This document shows positions 10,117-24,068 of a stretch of 64,000 nt of DNA, piece by piece. The position numbers and the translations under genes are program-made. This DNA comes from Octopus vulgaris (taxonomy: Eukaryota). Below the pieces are notes generated by a model. It searched no databases. It was not told where the DNA came from and was given only the letters and a program-made list of their open reading frames with translations. Each line of letters starts with the position of its first letter. Within the stretch, counting starts at the first letter, position 1. Location of the stretch: positions 12,028,001 through 12,092,000 of the forward strand of contig OX597827.1 in the NCBI GenBank assembly GCA_951406725.2. The letters are read 5' to 3'.

Positions 10117-11302
10117 TCTTTATATATAAAAGAGAGGTTGTGTGCTGTCTGTCTCCTCCGATTTAGATTCCTAACTACTCCCACATTTTGCAGTGCAGTT
10201 TAACCAAAACCGGGTATCTTATAGTCGTGATTCATATCGAGCCCTTCTGGGTATTAGCGCGCGTCTACGATGAGTCTACGATTTTAAAAAAATTTACCAT
10301 TTTCCATTTTAATGCATTTTTTCGCTATTATATAAGGGAAGTAACTCTCTAAAAATGTCTACGATGAGTCAACGATTTTTAAAAAAATTTACCGTAATTT
10401 TTTTTCCATTTTTAATGCATATTTTTGTTATTTTTTGGCTATAACTCTCTAAAAATGCTTATATAGTTATTTCCCTTACAAACCCGAGCAACGCCGGGCA
10501 ATACTGCTAGTCTTTATATATAAAAGAGAGGTTGTGTGCTTTCTGTCTCCTACGATTTAGATTCCTAACTACTCCCACATTTTGCGGTGCAGTTTAACCA
10601 AAACCGGGTATCTTATAGTCGTGATTCATTTTGAGCCCTTCTGGGTATTAGTACGTGTCTATGATGAGTCTACGATTTAAAAAAAAATTTACCATCATTT
10701 TTTTCCATTTTAATGCATTTTTTCGCTATTATATAAGGAAGTAACTCTCTAAAAATGTCTACGATGAGTCAACGATTTAAAAAAAAATTTACCGTAATTT
10801 TTTTTCCATTTTTAATGCATATTTTGTTATTTTTTGGCTATAACTCTCTAAAAATGCTTATATAGTTATTTCCCTTACAAACCCGAGCAACGCCGGGCGA
10901 TACTGCTAGTCTTTATATATAAAAGAGAGGTTGTGTGCTGTCTGTCTCCTACGATTTAGATTCCTAACTACTCCCACATTTTGCGGTGCAGTTTAACCAA
11001 AACCGGGTATCTTATAGTCGTGATTCATATCGAGCCCTTCTGGGTATTAGTGCGCGTCTACTATGTGTCTACGATTTAAAAAAAATTTAGCATCAATTTT
11101 TCCCATTTTTAATGCATTTTTGGCATATATAAGGGAAGTAACTCTCTAAAAATTTATTATTAAATCTCAGAACGTAAAAAGCTACAGTAACACCCCCTTT
11201 GTGGTTAGCTATTTTGAGATGGCTATTATACTTTACATCTCTAAAAATGCTTATATAGTTATTTCCCTTACAAACCCGAGCAACGCCGGGCGATACTGCT
11301 AG
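10117..11302 (+). mobile_element. Non-autonomous Helitron, head-to-tail trimer (10117-10510, 10511-10909, 10910-11302)
   Basis: Each unit starts TCTTTATATATAAAAG and ends with hairpin CCCGAGCAACGCCGGG plus ..ATACTGCTAG. The array sits between A(10116) and T(11303) with no TSD. Confidence 0.9.
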
Positions 11303-11439
11303 TTTATGGATAAATATACGAATACATCAGAATTTAATATTGTCTATTTTTTTTTTTTTCCATTTTTCTTTTGAAATCTGGATTGTTCTTTATTTATTAG
11401 AAAATGAAATGTCAATTGAAATGCATTGAAAGTTAATAC

Positions 11440-12072
11440 TCTTACTCTTACTCTCTTTTACTTGTTTCAGTCATTTGACTGCGGCCATGCTGGAGCACCA
11501 CCTTTAATCGAGCAACTCGACCCCAGGACTTATTCTTTTTGTAAGCTCAGTACTTATTCTATCGGTCTTTTTTGCCGAACCGCTAAGTAACGGGGAAATA
11601 AACACACCAGCACCGGTTGTCAAGCAATGCTAGGGGGACAAACACAGACGCACAAACACACACATGCATATATTACATTTGAGGCTTTCTTCCAAGGAAT
11701 CTAATGCGCTTGGCTTAGATTTTCCTTTGGGGCTGGCCAGATTGGAGCAATCTCAAGATTAATCAGCCGAAATTGCGAATCCGGTTCTTGACTGAAGATT
11801 GAAGGCTTCAAATGTCCCGTCCAAGTTTTTTGTATCGTCTTCTAAATGTTTTGCGTTCTTGTCCCAGTTTGTATTTTTTTACATATACATATATATATAT
11901 ACATATATACGACAGGCTTCTTTCAGTTTAGTCTACCAAATCCACACACAAGGCTTTGGTCAGCCCGAGACTATAGTAGAAGACACTTGCCCAAGGTGCC
12001 ACGCAGTGGGACTGAACCTGGAACCATGTGGTTGGTAAACAAGCTACTTACCACACAGCCACTCCTACGCCT
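11440..12072 (-). mobile_element. SINE family A with a nested ~225-bp insertion (11658-11881) in its internal TA/CA tract
   Basis: The family A halves join across the insertion; the insert contains CTGAAGA and CCGAAA motifs (possibly Penelope-like). Confidence 0.85.
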
Positions 12073-12480
12073 AATCTTGATTATTTTTTAACAATTTATC
12101 ATAATTTTAAAATAATGTACATGCTTGAAAAAAAAATCCCTTTGTATAGTGCAGGTAAAAAGTTTGGCAAAATGGGTGAGATCTGACCTCATGTTCCTTA
12201 CTGACTTATTCTTGGGATGGTCATAGAGACAGAGTCCTCAAGCATTTCTTTCATTAGGTTCTGCTGGACATAACTGTCTCCGTTTGATCCTGCTGGATTC
12301 CCAAGTGAGACCAATTGAGCACATGGATGTTGACCAGCCAGCTTGTTTGTGATTCACCTTTGGGTCTCCGACAGGTTGATATTTTTCTGTAACAACCGTC
12401 CAGTGATTATTTTCTGAGATATTCTTACCAGATTTGGATGGACTTGTGATAAGAAATATGTAAGTTATATTAAAAAATGA

Positions 12481-12709
12481 CGGAGATGTACTTGCATAGC
12501 AAGTGATTTGATCTGAGATCGTGTGCTGGAACGAAAATAATTGCAGCGTGGAAGGTGTTTGTAAGCCATTTAAGAAACACACAAAAACCGTTCGATTCAC
12601 TTCAACATTTAAGTTTAATTTGTCTAAATATTTTCGTCGTCGCTATAAGACCGCGACCTGTTCACTGACAAAAATCTATGCTGCATCTCATGAAAACGAC
12701 GAAAAAATA
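12481..12709. mobile_element. Unclassified ~230-bp CpG-containing interspersed-repeat-like segment
   Basis: GAGATG...CATCTC ends and an internal GTCGC...GCGAC stem; single copy here, class uncertain. Confidence 0.35.
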
Positions 12710-12719
12710 TATTGTATTA

Positions 12720-13104
12720 CTTGTGGCTGTATGGTAAGAAGCTTGCTTCCCAACCACATGGTTCCAGGTTCAGTCCCACTGCGTGGCACCTTGGGCAAGT
12801 GTCTTCTAATTTAGCCCCAGGCTGACCAAAGCCTTGTGAGTGGATTTAGTTAACAGATACTGAAAGAAGCCTGTTGTATATGTGTATGTGTGTATGTGTA
12901 TGTGTGTGTGTGTGCTTGACAACCAGTATTGGTATGTTTATGTCGCTGTAACTTCATGGTATCACAAAGGAGAAGTATGGAATAAGTTTGAAGCTTTAAA
13001 ATAAGTACTGGGATCAATTAATTTAACTCAAACCCTTCAAGACGGTGCTCCAGTATGGCCACAGTCAAATGCCTCAAAGAAGTAACAGATAAAAGGTAAA
13101 AGAT
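12720..13104 (+). mobile_element. SINE family A (older variant)
   Basis: Colinear match to family A. Confidence 0.85.
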
Positions 13105-13166
13105 ATAGGTTCTTTAACGATCCTATAATATTTCAGGAAAGGTGTCCATTTTTGTGACACACTAAA

Positions 13167-13553
13167 GGAGGAAGCACTCTGTCAGTTACGACGATGAGGG
13201 TTCCGGTTGATCCGAATCAACGGAACAGCCTGCTCGTGATATTAACATGTAAGTGGCTGAGCACTCCACAGACACGTGTACCCTTAACGTAGTTCTCGGG
13301 GATATTCAGCATGACACAGAGAGTGACAAGGCCGGCCCCTTGAAATACAAGTACAACAGAAACAGGAAGTAAGAGTGAGAGAAAGTTGTGGTGAAAGAGT
13401 ACAGCAGGGATCACCACCATCCCTGCCGGAGCCTCGTGGAGTTTTAGGTGTATTCGCTCAATAAACACTCAAAACGCCCGGTCTGGGAATCGAAACCGTG
13501 AATCTACGACCGCAAGTCCGCTGCCCTAACCACTGGGCCATTGCGCCTCCACA
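13167..13553 (-). mobile_element. tRNA-derived SINE, OR-type, full length, 10-bp TSD
   Basis: Head GGAGGCGCAATGGCCCAGTGGTTAGGGCAGCGGAC..GGTTTCGATTCCC; TSD ACACACTAAA at 13157-13166 and 13554-13563; 3' half shared with 57555-57870. Confidence 0.88.
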
Positions 13554-14051
13554 ACACACTAAAACAACCAGACGGTAATGACACATTTCTCTGAACTCTT
13601 TGATAATTTTCTTCCTTCATTTTACAAAGTATGCCACAACACAACAAGAATGGCATGCTGTTCACAACACATTTCTCTTAAGTCTTTGATTATTTTTTTT
13701 TCTATTTGAAAAGGCGAATCTTGCCCAAACTATTATACAATAATTAAACAAAATATAAAAGGTAGTAAAATGTCTCATCTTTTTTTTCATTTACTGACAT
13801 CATCATTATAAACATTTTGTGCTACTTTTCACCTGCATCGCTTCTTTTTTTTTTCAAACATTTATATCATTCACACATATTGTGATGCTTGAAGCAAATT
13901 ACGATGCTCTTAATATAATATTAAAATGATAAGAAAATATTATTTATTTTCATTGAAATATATTTTCAATTTTTTATATATATATATGCTAATGTCTATT
14001 ATAACATCAAACACATACAACTAAAATTTTTCAAATTGTTTAGTGATAATT

Positions 14052-14085
<34 letters not shown>

Positions 14086-14524
14086 TTTCTAAGACAGTGA
14101 TATATCACCATGACCTTGACCTTATGATAAGTGCCACACATGAAACACTTATTCCTTGAATCACTTTGTAACTTCTGCTGATTAAAAATTATATATACAT
14201 ATAGATAATATAATCATAATATGAGGGAATATTATTCCAAACATACAGGGAAAAATTCAATTTAGAAATACTAAATCAAATTTCACAAAATATAATATAT
14301 ATATATATATATATAAATTAGAAAAAAAACATCTTTTATCAATTCAAAATGAAAAATTAAATTAACACACATCTAGAAAATTACATATAACAGAAAGATT
14401 AAATATACGATAAAAAATATTACGATGATTAAGTAATATGCAAAATCATAAATAAAACGTATATATTTGGTAGAATAATGACACGTGTTTTGTGGCTATA
14501 TTTATATTGAAGTGATTTTACAAT

Positions 14525-14757
14525 CATGACCGCTGCCAGCCTCTACTGGCACCTGTGCCAGTGGCACATAAAAAGCACCCACTACATTCATGGAGTGGCT
14601 GGCATTAGGAAGGGCATCCAGCTGTAGAAACACTGCCAGATCAGACTGGAGCCTGGTGCAGCCTCCTGGCTTCCCAGATCCCGGTCGAACTGTCCAACCC
14701 ATGCTAGCATGGAAAACGGACGTTAAACAATGATGATGATGATGATGATGATGATGA
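14525..14757 (+). mobile_element. RTE-related SINE family C
   Basis: Homologous to 1095-1390; (GAT)n tail. Confidence 0.8.
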
Positions 14758-14779
14758 TATATATATATATATATACACA

Positions 14780-14856
<77 letters not shown>

Positions 14857-14904
14857 ATAATAAACCTTTACATATATAAATAATGTATATGTATATATGT
14901 ATGT

Positions 14905-14954
<50 letters not shown>

Positions 14955-15000
14955 CATATATATATATATACATACATACAGGCATACATACATACATATG
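14757..15000. repeat. (TA)n-rich microsatellite
   Basis: Direct reading. Confidence 0.95.
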
Positions 15001-15399
15001 CAAATATGTGCGTGAACACAATCCCAAAGACATACGTTTTAATTCTGTTCCAGCATAACACAATTAAATCCTGCTATTATTATCATGGTGATGGTAAGTG
15101 CAGTAAAGCAAGAGTTAATTTCCTGACATGTATAGTATGTTCCTTGGTTTCAATTCCCGGTTAAGAGTGATATTTCATTCCACTCAAGTTACTAATGCCT
15201 TTGAGAAAGCATTAAGGCTGCACTACCCATTTTCATCCCTAAAACTGAGAGAATTTGTGCCATGTTAAGAAGAAATCAATATCAAGAGGAATATGATTCT
15301 AAATGAATTGACTTAAAACTTCCACTAAAAGCAGTGCTGAATAGCCTTGAATAAGGGAGGTTACTCTTCTTACCTTCATCTGCTAAGAAACAAATTAGG

Positions 15400-15860
15400 T
15401 AGGTGGCGAGCTGGCAGAGACGTTAGCATGCTGGGTGATATGCTTAGTGGTATTTCGTCTGCTGCTATGTTCTGAGTTCAAATTCCGCTAAGGTCGACTT
15501 TGCCTTTCATCCTTTCGGGGTCGATAAATTAAGTACTAATTACGCACTGGGGTCGATGTAATCGACTTAATACCTATGTCTGTCCTTGTTTGTCTCCTCT
15601 GTGTTTAGCCCCTTGTGGGTAATAAAGAAATAGGTATTTCGTCTGCCGCTACGTTCTGAGTTCAAATTCCACTAAGGTCGACTTTGCCTTTCATCCTTTC
15701 GGGGTCGATTAAATAAGTACCTATTTATTTACTACCCACAAGGGGCTAAACACAGAGGGGACAAACAAGGACAGACAAAGGGATTAAGTCGATTATATCG
15801 ACCCCAGTGCGTAACTGGTACTTAATTTATCGACCCCGAAAGGATGAAAGGTAAAGTCGA
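15400..15860. mobile_element. Cluster of three SINE family B pieces (+ full 15400-15632, + partial 15633-15721, - partial 15722-15860)
   Basis: Direct matches to family B. Confidence 0.9.
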
Positions 15861-16793
15861 TATATGTATGTATATATGTATGTATATACACACAGATATT
15901 TATAATTATTTGCAACAGAAGTAGTATTAATACCAAAATGCAATATTTATCCCCAGTTAAAAGTGGGTGTTCTATTGGAACACGCAATACGGTGGTAGTT
16001 ACCATGAGAGAAGTTCTCATATTAGCCTTTAGTGCATAAATGCACTTTTGCTTATATTGCTGGTGGGGGGTGGGGAATAAATCACCTGTCACTACCACTG
16101 CCATAACCGCCATATCATGTGATTTCAGTTCAGCCTTCCATGGCCTTGTCAATGATGGATGTGCAGACACGATGGTGATGACGACGACGACAATGATGAT
16201 AATGGTGATGATGATGACGGTGGGAATGATGATGATGATGGTGATGGTAATCACGATCATGATAACGGTCATGATGATAAGGATGATGACCGTGATGATA
16301 AGGATGATGATGGCAATGTCAAAAAGTATCGTCTTTTATTTAATCTAGGTCGACGTGTTAAAAAATGGACATCAAAATACGAAATATAATTATCAGACTG
16401 TTCTTTACACCAACAGCCACCTTGGCAAGTGTTATAACAAACTAAGTTTATCACCTTAGAATTCATTAACAGCTCATATTTCTCAGCATTTTCAGCCTGA
16501 AAAAGAATCAGTTCCCGAAGAGAAACCTACACATAAATAAGCGATGTCCCATTAATGCTTAAAGTACATTTTCTCTCACTGCTGGTTCATCCATTGCTGT
16601 TTGGCCCTTGGTGAATTATGATGGTGGGAACCTTATAATCAAAGGCATTCGAGTAATAATCTTCCTGTCTTTTATTCATATAGATATAAATGGATTTGGG
16701 ACTGACTGCATTTCATTTGAAACAGCAGATTATAATTATTGATTCTACATCTGCAAGAAGAAAAATAGGATACTCTTTTTTAGTATGACTAGT

Positions 16794-16827
<34 letters not shown>

Positions 16828-17111
16828 GGAGGAGGAGGAGGAGGAGGATGGTGATGAGGATAATCATCATGATCATGATCATGATAATAATAAAAATGAC
16901 TGTTGCACATTTTGACACAATTTGTCGGTAGTTTTAGTGAGAGAGGGCACTGTTAATTTCATCAGCCTCACTAAATAAACTGGGACTTTTTTTTTTATTG
17001 ACCTCGGGAAAACGAAAGGCAAATTTGACCTTGAATGGATTAGAGCTTGATATGTAAAAACTTGGAAGAAATGTAGAGTGAAAGTATTATTATCATCATC
17101 ATCTTCATCAC

Positions 17112-17177
<66 letters not shown>

Positions 17178-17338
17178 CATTATTATTATTCAGGTCACTG
17201 CCTGGAATCAAACTTGGAATCTTGGGGCTAGTAGCCCGCGCTCTTAACCACTACACCATATGCACGTATTTTGTCTAACAATTCTGCCAGCTTACAACCT
17301 TAATAATAATGAATCATGATGATGAGTTTTATTATTAC

Positions 17339-17381
<43 letters not shown>

Positions 17382-17390
17382 AATAATAAT

Positions 17391-17870
17391 TTCTTTATTA
17401 GCCACGGAGGGCTTACACGAAGGGAAACATTAAGGTTGGCACAGAATAGTTCAGTGTGAGTTTTAGTGTGTAAAAAGTCATATAACAAATAAAGCAAATC
17501 AAACAAGACAAATTCTCCAATAGGCAGTGGGGACTTCTGAGGATCAAACATAGAGAAAGCCCACAAAATCACCCTGCCCTCTTTTAGTCTTCTCTCTCTA
17601 CAGGCAGATACTCAGAGTAGGACCATTCACCACGGCAATTCTTGCCTCTCCCACCCACCTTTCAAAAAACTGCTTGGAAGGTAGCACTTCCCTTTCTACA
17701 CTGATTTTCCTCTTTGAGGGAAACCAGGAAAAGTTTATCAGAATTTTGCCAAAAAACGTGCTGGTCTTCAGCCCTATCAGATGTGTCCACCAGACAATCT
17801 CATTTGCCATGGCTACCAGGCAGATAAAAACTACTTACCCTTCCCAGCTAAAGGAAGACAGTGGGGCTAT
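17391..17870 (-). mobile_element. 5'-truncated L1/Tx1-clade LINE (ORF2 C-terminus plus 3'UTR)
   Basis: VFICLVAMANEIVWWTHLIGLKT...KRKISVEREVLPSKQFFERW...L* resembles the Tx1-type ORF2 end; terminates GCCCTCCGTGGCTAATAAAGAAAT followed by (TAA)n. Confidence 0.65.
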
Positions 17871-17899
17871 CTTTATGATATTATTATTATTATCAATAA

Positions 17900-18098
17900 T
17901 AATCCTTTCTACTCTAGGTACAAAGCCTGAAAATTTAGGGAAGGAGCCCAGTGCCTAAAAGGTACTTATTTTATCGACCTAGAAAAGATGAAAAGCAGAG
18001 TTGACCAGAGTGGAATTTGAACTAGGAATGTAAAGACAGATGAAATGCCATCATGCATTTTGTCTAGTGTGCTAACGATCTTACCATCATGCCACCTA
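17900..18098 (-). mobile_element. SINE family B (old variant)
   Basis: Degenerate GGAATTTGAACT and GATGAAA..CA motifs; similar old copies at ~16930-17080, 19495-19668, 19790-19980, 42180-42390, 42950-43170 and 51312-51520. Confidence 0.7.
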
Positions 18099-18104
18099 AA
18101 TTAA

Positions 18105-19197
<1,093 letters not shown>

Positions 19198-19480
19198 CCG
19201 AAAATTATATGAGAATGATCCCTGGCTTACCATCCCTACAAGAAGTGCAAAAGATTGTCTTAACTGGTACATCATACGTATTGAGAAGAGCATGTTGATG
19301 TGAGAACTATTACTGCCCATGTATTTTAATTTAACTTTAAAAAAAAAAAAATGAACGGACTAGTGAGTTTAGTTTAATGGCCTACCAATGTATACTATGA
19401 GTTTCTTTGCCCTAGGAGTCGGGAAGACACTCAGCAAGAAATGGAAGGAAATTTGAAAGAAGAAGATAAAAAAGATAACA
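19198..19480 (+). mobile_element. Dong/R4-clade LINE 3' end, second family
   Basis: ENYMRMIPGLPSLQEVQKIVLTGTSYVLRRAC* plus 3'UTR, flanked by (TAA)n. Confidence 0.75.
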
Positions 19481-19665
19481 ATAATAATAATAATCCTTTC
19501 TACTGGGAGCACAAGGCCTCAAATTTGGGGGAAGACATTAAGTCGACCCTGAAAAGATGAAAGGCAAAGTCAACCTTGGTGGAATTTGAACTCAGAACGT
19601 AAAGATAAATGAAATACTGCTAAGCATTTCACCCGGCATGCTAGTGATTCTGCCAGCTCACTGCC

Positions 19666-19726
<61 letters not shown>

Positions 19727-20199
19727 TAGTAATAATAATAACAATAATGATAATGATAATAATGATGACAACAACAATAATAATAATCCTTTCTATTAAA
19801 GGCACCAAGCCTGAAATTTAGGGGGCAGTGGATGTATGGTTGTGTACTTTGACCACCAGTACTCAAAAGGATGAAATGATAAGTTGAACTCAGCAGAATT
19901 TGAACCTAGTACATAAAAATCAGAGCAAATATCACAAAGTATTTTGTCTGGAATGTTAACAATTCTGCCAGTTTGCTACTTGAATAATAACAATAATAAT
20001 AATTCTGATGATATCCTATTGTTACTAATACAATATTGCCCTTAATTGAACTAGATGCTAAATAAAACAATATATTGTATAGAGAACAGAACTGTGCCTC
20101 TGTCATTAACTGAGATACTTCTAAGATGTGTAAATGAGCTTATCATTTAGAATGGCTTTTATTTATACAGGGAAGAAAGAGTCAACATATCTCACAATA

Positions 20200-20618
20200 T
20201 AGGCGCAGGAGTGGCTGTGTGGTAAGTAGCTTGCTAACCAACCGCTTGTTTCGGGGTTCAGTCCCACTGTGTGGCATCTTGGGCAAGTGTCTTCTGCTAT
20301 AGCCCCGGGCCGACCAATGCCTTGTGAGTGGATTTGGTAGACGGAAACTGAAAGAAGCCTGTCGTATATATGTATATATATATATATATGTGTGTGTGGG
20401 TTTGTGTGTCTGTGTTTGTCCCCCCAACATCGCTTGACATCCGATGCTGGTGTGTTTACGTCCCTGTAACTTAGCGGTTCGGCAAAAGAGACTGATAGAA
20501 TAAGTACTGGGCTTCCAAAGAATAAGTCCCAGGGTTGATTTGCTCGACTAAAGGTGGTGCTCCAGCATGGCCACAGTCAAATGACTGAAACAAGTAAAAG
20601 AGTAAAAGAGAAAAGAGT
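20200..20618 (+). mobile_element. SINE family A
   Basis: Full-length match. Confidence 0.92.
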
Positions 20619-20865
20619 GCTAATACTGGGTCATAAGCCACAGGGTCAAAGTTACAGCTGACTGTTATCATCACAGTAAAAAAATTTGAATAAATCATAT
20701 ACTACTGGAGCTAGTAGAAAAATGTGTTTTTGTGTCTGTGTGTGTGTGTGCCTGTGTGTGTGAGAGAGATAAAGAAAGGGAGAGAGAAAGAAAGAGAGAG
20801 AGAGAGTGTGTGTGTGTAAGTGAATAGTGTGCTACATAATTTAAGTCACAAAGTATTCTCTCTCT

Positions 20866-21286
20866 CTCTCTCTCTCATTTACTTGTGTCAGTCATTTGAC
20901 TGCAGCCATGCTGGAGCACCACTTTTAGTCGAGCAGATCGACCCCGGGACTTATTCTTTTGTAAGCCCAGTACTTATTCTATCGGTCTCTTTTGCCAAAC
21001 CGCTAGTGACGGGGACATAAACACACCAGCATCGGTTGTCAAGCAATGCTAGAGGGACAAACACGGACACACAAACATATACACACGCATTCATATATAT
21101 ATATATATACATACATATATACGACGGGCTTCTTTCAGTTTCCGTCTACCAAATCCACTCACAAGGCTTCGGTCGGCCCGGGGCTATAGCAGAAGACACT
21201 TGCCCAAGATGCCCCGCAGTGGGACTGAACCCGGAACCATGTGGTTGGTAAGCAAGCTACTTACCACACAGCCACTCCTGCACCTA
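20866..21286 (-). mobile_element. SINE family A
   Basis: Full-length match. Confidence 0.92.
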
Positions 21287-21635
21287 TTGTGAAAACTCAA
21301 TTAATTTGAAGTGTAAAATATTTACTTATTGATGTAAAGTATACAATTATTCATATGATGCCAACCACTAGTTTCATATAAGAAGCAAGTTCATTATCAT
21401 TGGAATTTCAACATCAACAACAGGGTACTTTTGTATGTATGTATGCATGTATGCATGTATGCATGTATGTATGTATGCATGTATGCATGTATGTATGTAT
21501 GTATGCATGTATGTATGTATATGTGCAGATTTCTGTTTTGCTTTATGTATGCATTTTTTCATACATATAGTTGCATATCTAGACATGCTCATATACGTAT
21601 GTATGAAGATACACACACACAAACGCAAACACACT

Positions 21636-21667
<32 letters not shown>

Positions 21668-21680
21668 AATATATAAATAG

Positions 21681-21746
<66 letters not shown>

Positions 21747-21777
21747 TTATAAAAATACATACATATATATATATATA

Positions 21778-21977
21778 AAGTTAATCGAACATGAAAAACA
21801 TGAAAACACAAAGAGAAAACACAACAGCGCGAGGACATGGAACAAATAGTATTATTGGACGCTCGGGAAAGAAGGAAAGAAGGAGGATTTAACGTTTCGA
21901 GTGGAGCTCTTCGTTGGAAACATAGGAGAAGGAAAGATCCAGAGAAGGGAAGACAGAGGAATAAAAATCGCCAAACA
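21778..21977 (-). mobile_element. Penelope-like terminal fragment next to (TA)n
   Basis: Minus strand CCAACGAAGAGCTCCACTCGAAACGTTAA; same architecture as 2309-2605. Confidence 0.5.
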
Positions 21978-23214
21978 TGCATATATATGCATACACTGAG
22001 CTGTCACACAGTTCCCATCTACGAAATTCACTCACAAGGCATTGGTCAGCTCAGGACTATAGTATGCCAAGTTACTGCAGAGTGAGACTGAACCTAAAAC
22101 CATGTGATTGCCAAACAGACTTCTTACCCACGAATCTATAGCTGTGCCTGTGTTTACATTTGTTGAATTTATTGGTGAGGAGGGGAGGTGGAGGAGTGTT
22201 TGCCTGTTTCTATCCGTATTTTTTTTAGCTGTTTTATTTTCAGTGGATTGCTTGTTTGGTTATTGTTTTTTTATTTTTGTAATTTATCTGTTAATCTAAT
22301 TTAAGCATTTTCCTTTTATATTTTTTTCTGTTTTTGTTTTTTGTCCATTCTATTTCTTTAATTAGAACTGGGTGGTGTGTTTTCCTAATGCATTTCAGAT
22401 GTGTTATTCTTCATGGTAAAGTGATTTTGTTGAATTTTGTTTCGGTCAAGGTTTGAAGGCTGAAAGACTTCTGCAAGTGCATACTGGTGTTGCTATGGTC
22501 AATGTAGGTATGTGGGTATATTTTGGGTATATTTTGTTGGTAAGGACTCGGCTTCATTATTCATATATATATATATTTCATGTATACTGTTTATATTAGT
22601 CCAACTAGTGTCCTCATTCGACTAATATAAACAGTATATATATAAACAGTATAAATACCTCACCTCAACGATATAAAACTATATTTATTTTTTGTTATTT
22701 ATATTTTATTTCTATGTTGTTGGATTTATAGAGTAAATGTAATGTTGTATATTGAATTTATGTGTTAAACTAATTAAAGTTGTAAAAATTGGGGGTTTTT
22801 TTTCTTTCAGTCAATTCTGCTTTATTTGAAAAATGTAAACCTTTTATGAGAGAGTTTGGAAGTGACTTCCATGGTTATTGATATTATTACCCATGGTTGA
22901 CTGATTTTTGTGAATATGTGTTTTTAATTTTAGTTTAGTCAAAGATAGAAAGATTTAAAGGCTTACGGGGGAAATGTATTGTTGTTTAATGAATTCATTT
23001 GTTAAACTAATTAAAAATGTTTATGCACACATACATATACATGTATACATACATGCATACATACATTAAAATGACACATAATTACAGCTAATAACGAACA
23101 GAACCTTGAAAATAAAATGTAATAAAAATATTATTTTCACTTTATTGAACACTCTCTTATTACAATACGTATATTTTTACAGAACTGCAATAATATAACC
23201 TATTATAGTTTTTT

Positions 23215-23455
23215 CTTTGTGTATGTATGTGTGTGTGTATGTGTGTGCGTGTGCATGTTTGTGTGCATGCGCGTGTGCAAATACGTGCGTTTGCATGCAC
23301 TTGTGTGTGTTTATGTATGTGCCCATGCATGTGGGCATTTATGCGTGTGTGCATGCATGTGGGCATTTATGTGTGTGTGCATGCATGTGTGCATGTGCAT
23401 CTGTGTGTGTGTGTGTACATACACACGCATGTGCATGTGCACACACATACACACA
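23215..23455. repeat. Degenerate (TG/TGCA)n microsatellite
   Basis: Direct reading. Confidence 0.9.
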
Positions 23456-23659
23456 TAGGGAATATACAAAATCTCCCCCATACACCAAACTGGCCAACAA
23501 CCAAAGGAAAGAGCAGAAACAAGAGTGGCAATTTGAAATCCTATCACCCTGAAGAAATCAGTCAAAGAAGAATGATACATAAATATACAAAATCATGGTG
23601 GTGCTCCAGCATGACCACAGCAGCATGGCTGAAATAAATAAAAGAATAAAAAATGAACA

Positions 23660-24068
23660 GTGCAGGAGTGGCTGTGTGGTAAGTAGCTTGCTAACCAACC
23701 ACATGGTTCCAGGTTCAGACCCACTGCATGGCATCTTGGGCAAGTGTCTTCTGCTATAGCCCCGGGCCGACCAATGCCTTGTGAGTGGATTTGGTAGACG
23801 GAAACTGAAAGAAGCCTGTCGTATATATGTATATATATATATGTGTGTGTGTGTGGGTTTGTGTGTCTGTGTTTGTCCCCCTAGCATTGCTTGACAACTG
23901 GTGTGTTTACGTCCCCGTTACTTAGCGGTTCAGCAAAAGAGACCGATAGAATAAGTACTGGGCTTACAAAGAATAAATCCCGGGGTCGATTTGATCGACT
24001 AAATGCAGTGCTCCAGCATGGCTGCAGTCAAATGACTGAAACAAGTAAAAGAGTAAAAGAGTAAAAGA
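23660..24068 (+). mobile_element. SINE family A
   Basis: Full-length match. Confidence 0.92.

Noticed and set aside
13480-13553. tRNA gene
   Set aside because: A/B boxes are present, but it is a SINE head with body, tail and TSD; no complete cloverleaf is evident.
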